Source of the DNA: Acidobacteriota bacterium | GTDB lineage: Bacteria; Acidobacteriota; Vicinamibacteria; Vicinamibacterales; CAVVIG01 | Direction: 5' to 3' | Length of the DNA: 64,000 bases | Assembly (NCBI GenBank): GCA_025463215.1 | Contig: JAOBWF010000296.1 | Location: 14,098-78,097, forward strand | Shown here: piece after piece, positions 10,629 through 19,627 of the stretch | How the letters are laid out: every line of letters begins with the position of its first letter | How positions within the stretch are numbered: the first letter of the stretch is position 1 | Program-made: the position numbers and the translations under genes | Notes under the pieces: generated by a model | What the model saw: the letters and a program-made list of their open reading frames with translations, nothing else | Told to the model about the DNA's origin: nothing | Database searches by the model: none

Positions 10629-11822
10629 GTGTCTAGGGTTACGGCTTTTCCAGCCGAGCACCTCCACGTACCGGCCGCTCGCGACACCTCAGTCGCGCTC
10701 AAGGTGCGCCCGGTCGATTCGACGGCATCGCCGCGGAGCGCCGTCGAGCGGCTCGCGCTGTGGGCGGTGGCGGTCCCGTTGGGACTGCTCGACGGGCTGC
10801 ATTGGTATCTGCAGACGCCGCCGGTCAATCCCGCGGTCGTCGTGCTCCATGTCCTCGTCGCGTGGACGCTGTATCCCGCGCTGGTGCCGTTCGCGCAATC
10901 GGTCACCCGCCGCTTCCCGCTGGACACGGCCGCGTGGCCGCGCGCTGTTCCAGTGCACCTGCTGGCAGCGGTGGCGTTTCAGTACGTCCACCTGCAAATC
11001 ACGCACTTTCTGCTGGTGATGGTGGTGCGGCCCATCTTTTTCCCTGGCGCGACGACTGCGCGCTACTACTTTCCCGGTCTGCCACCGCAGCACCTGCGCG
11101 AATACCCGATCGATCTGCTCGCCTACTGGATCATCGTCGGTTTCTTTTACGCGGCGCACTATCGCTCCGAGCTGCACCAACGGGAAGTCGGTGCGGCACG
11201 GCTCGAAACCAGCCTGGCTGAGGCGCGTCTCGAGCTGCTGCGGCGCCAGCTCAGCCCGCACTTCCTCTTCAACACGCTGAACACCATCTCGGTGCTGGCA
11301 CAAAACGGCAATCAGACCGCCTTTCTTGAAACCCTGTCCCGGTTGAGTAACCTGCTCCGCGTCGCGCTAGACGAGACGCAGCCGCAAATCGTCCTGCTCT
11401 CGGACGAGCTGAAATTTCTCGAGGGCTATATCGCTATCCAGCAGATCCGCTTCGCCGATCGCCTGCACGTGCAGCTCAATGTCGAGAAGGTCTCGCGGCG
11501 CGGCCTGGTACCGTTCATGATCCTGCAGCCCTTGGTCGAGAACTCGATCGAGCACGGGTTCTCGGCGCTGACCTCCAGCACGGTGGTGATTATCGAAACG
11601 ACCGTGAAACGCTCGACGCTCATTCTGCGCGTCAACGACAGCGGACCGGGATTCACCAACGCGCCGGGGCCGCGCCACGACCGCATCGGCCTCGCCAACA
11701 CCGCGTCGCGCCTGCACCAGCTGTACGGCGACCGCCAGACGATCGAGTACGGACATTCTCCTGACGGCGGCGCATCGGTCACGATCTCCATTCCATTTGA
11801 GCAGGCGAGCGACCGCGACTGA
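10629..11822 (+). CDS. LytS/YehU-family sensor histidine kinase
   Basis: QLSPHFLFNTLNTI H-box, ILQPLVENSIEHG, IGLANT; N-terminal TM helices. Confidence 0.93.
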   Translation: MSRVTAFPAEHLHVPAARDTSVALKVRPVDSTASPRSAVERLALWAVAVPLGLLDGLHWYLQTPPVNPAVVVLHVLVAWTLYPALVPFAQSVTRRFPLDTAAWPRAVPVHLLAAVAFQYVHLQITHFLLVMVVRPIFFPGATTARYYFPGLPPQHLREYPIDLLAYWIIVGFFYAAHYRSELHQREVGAARLETSLAEARLELLRRQLSPHFLFNTLNTISVLAQNGNQTAFLETLSRLSNLLRVALDETQPQIVLLSDELKFLEGYIAIQQIRFADRLHVQLNVEKVSRRGLVPFMILQPLVENSIEHGFSALTSSTVVIIETTVKRSTLILRVNDSGPGFTNAPGPRHDRIGLANTASRLHQLYGDRQTIEYGHSPDGGASVTISIPFEQASDRD

Positions 11823-11836
11823 ATCCGGGAGGAACA

Positions 11837-12628
11837 GTGATTAACACTCTCATCGTTGATGACGAGCCGTTGGCCCGCGAAGGGATCCGGCTGGCCTTGA
11901 AAGGCGAGGCCGACGTGCGCATCGTGGGAGAGGCCGCCGACGGCGAGGCCGCTTTGAACGCGATGGAGAAACTGGCGCCCGATCTTATGTTCCTCGATAT
12001 CCGGATGCCAGGGTTGAACGGCTTCGACGTGCTGGCACGCGCCAGCCACAGCCACACCCGTATGCCGGTGATCGTGTTCGTGACCGCGTTCGATCGTTAT
12101 GCGGTCAAGGCGTTCGAAGCGAACGCGCTCGACTACCTGCTGAAACCGGTCGAGCCACAGCGGCTCAGGGCGGCGGTCGAGCGGACGCGGGCCGAGCTGG
12201 CGAAACAGGAAATCATCAAGGACGCGAAGCGGCGCGCCATGGATCTGCAGAGTGTCGAAGAGCGGCCTGTGGCGCCGCGATCCAGCGAGCCGCTCGCGCG
12301 AGCCGAGTATCTCGACCGCGTCGCTGTCCGCGTCCGCGATCGGTTCCTGCTGATCAAGATGAACGACGTTGACTGGATCGAGTCGGCCGCCAACTACGTG
12401 CAGCTGCACTCGCGGTCCCGATCGTTCCTGCTGAGAATGACGATGGGCGAGCTCGAAGCAAAGTTGGACCCGCACCGTTTCTCGCGCATCCATCGATCGA
12501 CGATCGTGAATATCGATCGGCTCGTGGAGGTCAAGCCGTCGCTGCACGGCGATTTCGACGTCGTGCTGCAGGACGGCACGACGCTGCGCATGAGCCGCGG
12601 TTACCGCGAGGCGCTGCTGCCGCGATAA
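11837..12628 (+). CDS. LytTR-family response regulator
   Basis: Receiver LIVDDEPLAR/FLDIRMP/DYLLKP; LytTR FSRIHRSTIVN..SRGY. Confidence 0.95.
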   Translation: MINTLIVDDEPLAREGIRLALKGEADVRIVGEAADGEAALNAMEKLAPDLMFLDIRMPGLNGFDVLARASHSHTRMPVIVFVTAFDRYAVKAFEANALDYLLKPVEPQRLRAAVERTRAELAKQEIIKDAKRRAMDLQSVEERPVAPRSSEPLARAEYLDRVAVRVRDRFLLIKMNDVDWIESAANYVQLHSRSRSFLLRMTMGELEAKLDPHRFSRIHRSTIVNIDRLVEVKPSLHGDFDVVLQDGTTLRMSRGYREALLPR

Positions 12629-12649
12629 TCTAGACTACTGAGCCGGCTT

Positions 12650-12952
12650 CTATTTCGCGGCGCTCAGCGCCTTCAGGTACGCGAACACCTGCTTGACTTC
12701 GTCGTCGCCCATCGACGCCTTGGATACCGGCGGCATCTCGCCGCCGCCTTCGCGGACGCGCGCGACGAACTCATCGACCTCCATGTCGATCGGCACGAGG
12801 CGCGGAGCCGCATCGCCCCGCCCCTCGTCGCCGTGACAGGTTGCGCAGACGCGATCGAACGGCGCTTTTCCGGCCGGCGGCTGGGCCTGGCCGGACATCA
12901 TCACCGCGGAGGTTAGCAGCGTCGCAGCAATACCGAGCGTGAAGGCGCGCAT
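12650..12952 (-). CDS. monoheme class I cytochrome c
   Basis: Signal peptide MRAFTLG.., CATCH, distal Met in GEMPP. Confidence 0.88.
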   Translation of the reverse strand: MRAFTLGIAATLLTSAVMMSGQAQPPAGKAPFDRVCATCHGDEGRGDAAPRLVPIDMEVDEFVARVREGGGEMPPVSKASMGDDEVKQVFAYLKALSAAK

Positions 12953-13043
12953 AGGGATCACCTGATTAAATGACGGGACAGACGAAGAGGCGGTACGGCT
13001 GGCGACTCTTCGAGCGTGTACAACCGACCGGCCGAACCTTCTT

Positions 13044-14882
13044 CTATTGCGGTAGCGCAAACACCCACACGCCAAACCCTGCCTGCGGCCAGTGGACTTC
13101 GGGGTTCAGTTCCCTCGCGACCGTCGTGATCCAATTGTGCGACATCGACGCGCCGGTGATGAAGGCAAAATATTGCCGCCCCTTGACCCTGAAAGTGATC
13201 GGACTCCCTTCCATCTTCGTCGCCATCCGCGGCGACTTCCACAGGATATTGCCGGTGCTGAGATCCAGCGCGTACATGTAACGATCCGTGTCGCCCACAA
13301 ACACCAGACCGCCGGCTGTCGTCATAACCGGTGTGGAGAACTGCGTCGCCTGCCGGTGCGTCCAAAGCGTCTTGCCGAACACGTCCATCGCCAACACCTG
13401 TGCCGCCAGACCCTTGAAGTCGGGATGGAACAGGTTGACCCGGCAGCATTCCCCTCCGTACTCGTCAGCACCCGACCCGGGGGTGTAGACCCGAGTGCTG
13501 CAGTTGAGCGACATTGGAATGTAGAACGCCTGGGTGGCGGGGTTGTAGGACATCTGCCGTGAATTCTTGAAGCCGGACGTGCTCGGGCACGTGTAGACCG
13601 GCTGCCCCATCGGAGCGTCGATCACTTCCGGGCGGTAGCGCACGAACCCTCGCTCGGGATCGATCTCCATCATGTTCTGCAGGCCGGTGTCCGTCGCTCG
13701 GATCAGGCGACCGGTCTGCCGATCGAGGTGCCACAACACGCCGGACTTCCCCATCTCGAAACCGGACTTGCGCGCGTATCCGGGAATGTCGACGTTGATG
13801 AATTCGTAAATCTCGTCGAGGTCGAAACTCTCGCCAGGAACGTACTGATGGTACCAGGCCATCTTGCCGGTGGCGGTGTCGAGCGCCAGCGTCGAATCGG
13901 TGTAGAGGAGCGACATGCCGTCCTTCTCACCGCGGCTCTTCCGATGCCACGGCTTCGCCTGCGTCGCGCCCCAGTAGGTCAGATGCAGGATCGGATCAAA
14001 GCTGCCGGTAATCCACGGATTGCCGCTGGTGGCGCCGCGTTTCTCGAGCGGGATCCCTTCCCACGTGTCGCCGCCGGGCTCACCGGGCGCCGCCGTCGTG
14101 TAGGTCCGCCACGCGCGCGCGCCGGTCTTGGCGTCGATCGCTCCGATGAAGCAGCGGACCCCCTGCGCACAGTCAACGCCGGAGATGATCTTTCCATCGG
14201 CGGCGAGCCCAGTACCCGACGAAGGGGTGTGACCATCGCCCGCATCGTACAGCGAGCCCTCGAACGCCTTGGTGCCATCGCGAACGTTGATCGCGTCGAT
14301 CTTGCCGTCGGCCGGATGAATGAAAGCCTTGTCCTCGTAGAGGACGATCCCGCCGCGGATGCCGCCGGTCGCCCCGGCCGACGTGCCTTTCGCCATCTGG
14401 TGGCGGTACTGCCACAGAAAATCGCCGGTCGCGGCGTCGAGTGCATGCACCACGCCACCCGGCATGCTGAGATACATGACCCCGTCGTGGACGATGGGGC
14501 CGACCCAATCATCCACGTTCGGTGAGGCGCCCTTCTCGATCCCCCACGACCACACCAGTTGCAGGCCGCGGACGTTGCTCTTGTTGACTTGATCCAGCGG
14601 GCTGAAACTCTGAGCGTCGTAGGTGCGCCGGTACATCAGCCAGTCGCCGGGATCCGGATTGCGCAACATCGCATCGGTGACCGGCCGGGTGGTGGTCACC
14701 GTGCGGTTGATCGGCGACCGAACCGGCGGCTTGTAATTCCGTTGCGCTTCCGACTGCTCCGCGCTGCGGCCGCGTCCCGCCGGGGCCTGACCGGCTTGCT
14801 CCTGCTGTGCCACCGGCGCATCCTGGCTCGTAGCCAGGACCAGCGCGAGCAGCGACAACACCCACGTGACTCGAGTTCGCAT
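13044..14882 (-). CDS. PQQ-binding beta-propeller, alcohol-dehydrogenase-like
   Basis: DWLMYRRTY..FSPLDQVN, GPIVHDGVMY, TAGGLVFVG, SPITF..GRQY; signal peptide. Confidence 0.88.
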   Translation of the reverse strand: MRTRVTWVLSLLALVLATSQDAPVAQQEQAGQAPAGRGRSAEQSEAQRNYKPPVRSPINRTVTTTRPVTDAMLRNPDPGDWLMYRRTYDAQSFSPLDQVNKSNVRGLQLVWSWGIEKGASPNVDDWVGPIVHDGVMYLSMPGGVVHALDAATGDFLWQYRHQMAKGTSAGATGGIRGGIVLYEDKAFIHPADGKIDAINVRDGTKAFEGSLYDAGDGHTPSSGTGLAADGKIISGVDCAQGVRCFIGAIDAKTGARAWRTYTTAAPGEPGGDTWEGIPLEKRGATSGNPWITGSFDPILHLTYWGATQAKPWHRKSRGEKDGMSLLYTDSTLALDTATGKMAWYHQYVPGESFDLDEIYEFINVDIPGYARKSGFEMGKSGVLWHLDRQTGRLIRATDTGLQNMMEIDPERGFVRYRPEVIDAPMGQPVYTCPSTSGFKNSRQMSYNPATQAFYIPMSLNCSTRVYTPGSGADEYGGECCRVNLFHPDFKGLAAQVLAMDVFGKTLWTHRQATQFSTPVMTTAGGLVFVGDTDRYMYALDLSTGNILWKSPRMATKMEGSPITFRVKGRQYFAFITGASMSHNWITTVARELNPEVHWPQAGFGVWVFALPQ

Positions 14883-14962
14883 GACCAACCCTCCCCAACG
14901 ATCATTCCGGAGCGGCCACCGTAGCCTTCCGGCAGTGTCTGCTCACTTGTCCGAAGCGACCC

Positions 14963-17896
14963 TCACCACTTCACCTGCATGCCGAGCCGGACAATCCGCG
15001 GCGGAAGAATCGTCGACGGCTGAAAATAGGATGTTGTCGCGTAGTTGAAGGAGCGGAAGCCGTACGCCGCCAGGCTGTTGAGCGCGTTGAACAGGCTCAA
15101 CTCGGGCTCGACCTTGATTCTGCCGACCGTGATCCACCGGCCGACGTTAATATCGAGCTGGTTGATGCGATCGCTCGATTCGGTGCCCGGTGCGATCAAC
15201 GGCACCGACAGCGACGCGACAGTCATGCCGGGATCGACCAGCGCTCCCGGTGTGCACGGTCCGGTGCAATTCGCCGCGTAGCGCGTGGTCGGCGTGATCA
15301 GCCACTGCGTGCCGTAGTTGGCGGTGACGTTACCGACGGCGGCGCCGCCAATCATGTACTTGTAGCTTTGAAATGACGCTCCCAGCGTGATGCTGTAGGG
15401 CAGCTGCATCGATCCGGACAGCTTCATGTTGATGAGCAACGGAATGTGGCTGGCGCTCTGGTCACAGTACAGCAGGTTGTTCGGATTGGTGGGATCGTCG
15501 CAGGCGATCTGAATCGTCCGATCCATCGACAGGCCGCCGAACAGCACTGCGCCCCGGCTCAGGCGCGCCGAGAAGCCGAATTCGGCGGCGTTGGTCCACT
15601 TCTTCGCGTTGGGATCGTTGGTCAACAGATTGAGCACTTTGGAGCGCGCGGCGGCACTGACGTTGTAAATGGTGATCGCGCTGCCGTCCAGCGGACTCGC
15701 GATCTGCACCGGAGTGTAGTCGGACGACTGCTGTGCCGCGTTGTAGGTCATCCCCAGATCGTAGAACTCGGTGTGGAAGTAGTTGGCGTTGACCGACACT
15801 CGCGGGAGCAGCTCACGCTGAATCCCCAGGCTGTACTGCAGATTCGCGCCGCGCTTGCGGTTCGGATCGAGTTGGCTCGTGGCGCAGGCCGGTACGCCGG
15901 GGGTGGCAATCACCGAACAACCCGGCGTCACGGTGCCGAAACCGGCCGGGAGCTGCGCCAGATTGAGCTCGTTGGTCTGCGCGATGTTGTCCTTGTTCAG
16001 GTCGTTCCACGTCACGGTCGCCGACTGACTGCGGATTGGATTGTAGGCGTTGGTCAGTCCGTCGGTGAGCTGGGTCTGATACTTGTTGACGCTGAACTTG
16101 ACCGCGGTCTTGCCGTTGCCGGAGACATCGTAGACAACGCCAAACCGAGGATTGAGGCTCTTCCACGTCGGAAACGTATCGCCGCCGTAATTTCGGTCGC
16201 CGACGAACCGCCCCGGTCCCACGACTTCGGCAGGGATCGACGCCCCGAAATCTTCCCAGCGCAATCCGGCGTTGACCGTGAACCGTTTCGCGGTCCATGT
16301 GTCCTGACCGTAGAGGCCCCAGAACGCATCCATCGAATTCGAATACCGCACCGGCGTGTTGAAGATGGCGGCGGATGTCGGCACGCCGTTCTGGTAGTTC
16401 AGCTCGAGGTCGCCGTTCTTGTCGTAGGCGAACGTTTCGAACCCCTTCTGATCCTGAACACCGACTTTGATGTTGTGCGACCCGGTGACGTAGGTCACGG
16501 ATCCGTCGAAGAAACGGCGCGTCGGATCCTGCGTCGTCGGTCCGATCGGCGCGGCGCCGGTCAGCGTTCCGAGCGACAGATCCCGGTGCGTCACATTGGC
16601 GAGCCACGCCGCCGATCCGTACGCCAGGCCGTAGCAGCTGCAATTGGGCTCGTACGAGTTGGTGCGGTACGCCTGGTAGTGGTTCGACCCGGCTTCAATC
16701 AGCAGCCGGTTCGACGCCGCGAACGTCCACTTGACCTGCGCCTGATCGTAGAGCGGCGACGGAGAGGTGAGGATGGCCGCGCTCGGCGCCTGTCCGCCGC
16801 TCATCGCCGCGCCGATGAACTTCCAGACGCGATCGTAGTAGCCGTTGAGCTGCATGCGCGAATTGAGCTGGCCACTCAGCCGGAGCGAGCTGTTCTTCAC
16901 ATACTGCGGGTTCACACCCTGAGTGCCATCTGGATTGAACGTGTCGGCGACGAGCGTGTCGACCTCGTTCTTGCGCGCCGCGGCAAACCACCACAGCCTG
17001 TCCTTGATGATTTTGCCGCCGAGACCGGCTTCGTAGTCGTAGATCTTGTCGAAGCTGTCGCCCTTCGTCAGGCCCCGAGCGACGAGATCGGGCGACAACG
17101 CATTGGCCTGCCACTTGCCGCTCGCGAACGCGAGGGCGCCGGATCCGTGAAATTCGTTTCCGCCTCGCCGTGTGATGAGGTTCTGACGCACGCCACCTGC
17201 GGACACGTCGGCGCCCGCGCCGCTGTTCTGGACGACGATCTCCTGGTAGTTCTGAGTGTTCGAATACGACTGTGTCGCGCCGTTACCGCACATGCCGTTG
17301 AGCTGAATGCCGTCAAGCAGCACGGTCGCCTGTTCGCCGGCCATTCCGTGCGCCTGTGACGCGTTCTGGTTCATGCCGTTCGAGCCGGCGACATCCGGCG
17401 TCCCCATGACGACGCCCGGCACGAGTGCCGCGGCGGTCTGAGCGCTGCGTCCGGTGGGAATCGCGTCGAGCACTTCGCGGTTGAGCGTCTGCGACTTCGC
17501 CGTGCTCTGAACATCGACCACCGGCGACGCGCCCGATACCGTCACCGTCTCTTCAAGCGCGCCGACGCGTAGCTCCGCATTGACGGTCGCGGTGAAGTTA
17601 CTCGGCAGCTCCAGAGCTTCGCGTTTGACGACGCTGAAACCGCCAAGCGTGAAGGTCACGGTGTACGTGCCAGCCACCAAGCCGACGACCTGATACACGC
17701 CGCGATCGTCCGAGGTGACCGCGCGCACTTTCTCGATGAGCGCCGGGCTCGCCGCTTCCACCGTGACGCCAGGCAGCACCGCGCCCGACGTGTCTCTAAC
17801 TACCCCAGCGATCGCACTTTGTGCGAACGCCGCTGACGGCGCCAACCAGGAGCCGACCATCGCGAGCATCAACCAGAGTCCGCCCTTCAATCGCAT
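14963..17896 (-). CDS. Oar-like TonB-dependent receptor with carboxypeptidase regulatory-like domain (paralog 2)
   Basis: GVVRDTSGAVLPGVTVEA, GIQLNGMCGNG shared with paralog 1, ends MQVKW; ATG 17896 after GAGAGG. Confidence 0.9.
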   Translation of the reverse strand: MRLKGGLWLMLAMVGSWLAPSAAFAQSAIAGVVRDTSGAVLPGVTVEAASPALIEKVRAVTSDDRGVYQVVGLVAGTYTVTFTLGGFSVVKREALELPSNFTATVNAELRVGALEETVTVSGASPVVDVQSTAKSQTLNREVLDAIPTGRSAQTAAALVPGVVMGTPDVAGSNGMNQNASQAHGMAGEQATVLLDGIQLNGMCGNGATQSYSNTQNYQEIVVQNSGAGADVSAGGVRQNLITRRGGNEFHGSGALAFASGKWQANALSPDLVARGLTKGDSFDKIYDYEAGLGGKIIKDRLWWFAAARKNEVDTLVADTFNPDGTQGVNPQYVKNSSLRLSGQLNSRMQLNGYYDRVWKFIGAAMSGGQAPSAAILTSPSPLYDQAQVKWTFAASNRLLIEAGSNHYQAYRTNSYEPNCSCYGLAYGSAAWLANVTHRDLSLGTLTGAAPIGPTTQDPTRRFFDGSVTYVTGSHNIKVGVQDQKGFETFAYDKNGDLELNYQNGVPTSAAIFNTPVRYSNSMDAFWGLYGQDTWTAKRFTVNAGLRWEDFGASIPAEVVGPGRFVGDRNYGGDTFPTWKSLNPRFGVVYDVSGNGKTAVKFSVNKYQTQLTDGLTNAYNPIRSQSATVTWNDLNKDNIAQTNELNLAQLPAGFGTVTPGCSVIATPGVPACATSQLDPNRKRGANLQYSLGIQRELLPRVSVNANYFHTEFYDLGMTYNAAQQSSDYTPVQIASPLDGSAITIYNVSAAARSKVLNLLTNDPNAKKWTNAAEFGFSARLSRGAVLFGGLSMDRTIQIACDDPTNPNNLLYCDQSASHIPLLINMKLSGSMQLPYSITLGASFQSYKYMIGGAAVGNVTANYGTQWLITPTTRYAANCTGPCTPGALVDPGMTVASLSVPLIAPGTESSDRINQLDINVGRWITVGRIKVEPELSLFNALNSLAAYGFRSFNYATTSYFQPSTILPPRIVRLGMQVKW

Positions 17897-17978
17897 ATAT
17901 CCTCTCCCTCTTGTGAGCTGGTGTCCGCGCCGACGAAGCGGACGCTCAGAGATCGAACGGCCAAACCGTGAGACGGGG

Positions 17979-18060
17979 GATATACCACGCGGCGCGGTGC
18001 TCGCAACGTCATTGGGACGAGACGCAAACGGCGAGGACAACCGGCGGCCGGCCGGGACCA
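17979..18060 (-). promoter_or_regulatory. putative promoter (TTGCGA-N16-TATATC) with three 20-bp-period repeats (candidate LytTR sites)
   Basis: On + strand: GGGACGA 18014, AGGACAA 18034, GGGACCA 18054; same 7-bp gap from the -35 element as at 10438. Confidence 0.6.
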
Positions 18061-18450
18061 ACGATGGGCGCCCCGACGCCGATGAGACCGGCGCGGGACC
18101 CGCGCGAGCACGGTTTACATGCATCCTGCATTGTCGCGAATGTGACGGTGACACCTCGATATGGCATCGCGCTGAACAGAGCGACAGCGCCTCGGCACAC
18201 GCGGGGCGCACGCGGACGCGGCGCGCGGGTTGGGACGGACCGCAATGGAGGCGGATGAACAGCAATAGGAAGGTACACAGGCTGATGGATCACGCGGCTC
18301 GCCTCATTTATAGTTGCAGCGCTGAAGCGGCGCGTTGTGAGCGCCGTTCTTCTCACATCGGCGTGATCGCTTTATGTTTTCGCCGAGTCGGTCTTGGCGA
18401 CTGGGGCGCGAGGCACCGCCGCGCGGGCTCGCCATACTTGGAGGGGTCGA

Positions 18451-19587
18451 ATGCTCGCGAAATCGTCACGTCATGTGGTTCGGGTCCTCGCGTGTCTCGT
18501 GCTGAGCGATGCGGCGTTCCTCGCCGCGCAGGTCGCAACTTCACGGCAGAAGCTCGACGCGCAGCTGGCATCGTCGACGAAGGAAGTCCGCACCGGCGAG
18601 AACCTCACACTGCCTCCGAGCGGGGATTGGCGCGCCCGATACAAGGAGACCGACTTCCCGGTCGTCAAGAAGGTCGCCGACAACGTCTATCTCTTCCAGA
18701 TGCCACACCCCGGCATCAAGGGTTGGCTGGTCAACAGCTTGATCGTGATCACCACGGACGGCGTCGTCGTGATCGAGGGTCAGATGAACGGCGCCAAGCT
18801 GGTCGACGAAGTCAAGAAGCTGACGGCCCAGCCGATCAAGTACCTCATCGTCGGCAGCACGCATGGCGATCACGGCGAAACGCAGATGGCCTCTATGCCA
18901 GGTGCGGACAAGATCACGTTTATCGGTCATGCAATCACTAAATGGTGGTTCGAGAACGATTCGAAGATCCCGAACCGGTCCGGCGAACTGCCAAACATTG
19001 TCAAGATCAACGACGTGGTGGGGACCCTGCCGGAAGACCCGAAGAGCGCACCGCCGCATGTGACGAAGATCCTCAAGGTGGGCAACGAAGAGTTCGACAT
19101 CATGTTCATGGGCCGCGGCCACGCCGGACCGGATCTCGAAACCTATCTGCCGAAGCACAAGATTCTGTGGTTAAGCGAATCTTTCGAATCGCGGCAACTT
19201 CCTTCGATGGGCGACAGTTCGTACCCCTCGGAATGGATTGCGATGCTGAAAGAGGCGGCGCTCATGAAGAATGTCGATAACTACCTCGGCGCACACGGAT
19301 TCATGGACACTCCGGCGATCAACAAGGAAGAACTCATCAACGATATCCGCGTGCTCGAACAGACCTACGCCGAAGCCAAGCGTCTGCACGATGCGGGCAT
19401 TCCGATCGACGAAGTCCCGAAGCATTGGCACTTCGGGGAGAATGCGGCGCTCTTTTTTGCAGATGCCGCATTGCCCGACATCACGGCGATTTATTGGGAA
19501 CTGGACAATAAGCTCCCCGCCTGTCCGCCGTGCCGCCCAAGACGATGGCAAGGAGGGGGCGACACGGCTGTCCTCCCCGTGAAGTAG
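18451..19587 (+). CDS. secreted MBL-fold metallo-hydrolase (degenerate metal motif)
   Basis: NSLIVITTDGVVVIE, PIKYLIVGSTHGDH, GRGHAGPD, GAHG; RBS GGAGGG. Confidence 0.8.
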   Translation: MLAKSSRHVVRVLACLVLSDAAFLAAQVATSRQKLDAQLASSTKEVRTGENLTLPPSGDWRARYKETDFPVVKKVADNVYLFQMPHPGIKGWLVNSLIVITTDGVVVIEGQMNGAKLVDEVKKLTAQPIKYLIVGSTHGDHGETQMASMPGADKITFIGHAITKWWFENDSKIPNRSGELPNIVKINDVVGTLPEDPKSAPPHVTKILKVGNEEFDIMFMGRGHAGPDLETYLPKHKILWLSESFESRQLPSMGDSSYPSEWIAMLKEAALMKNVDNYLGAHGFMDTPAINKEELINDIRVLEQTYAEAKRLHDAGIPIDEVPKHWHFGENAALFFADAALPDITAIYWELDNKLPACPPCRPRRWQGGGDTAVLPVK

Positions 19588-19627
19588 TTCGTCACATCCG
19601 ATGAGTCGCCTAGTGCGTGAGAACACC

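Noticed and set aside
17897-18450. Upstream extensions of ORFs 14963..18265 and 18394..19587, and ORF 17715..18941
   Set aside because: The region is a divergent promoter; better starts with RBS and signal peptides exist at 17896 and 18451
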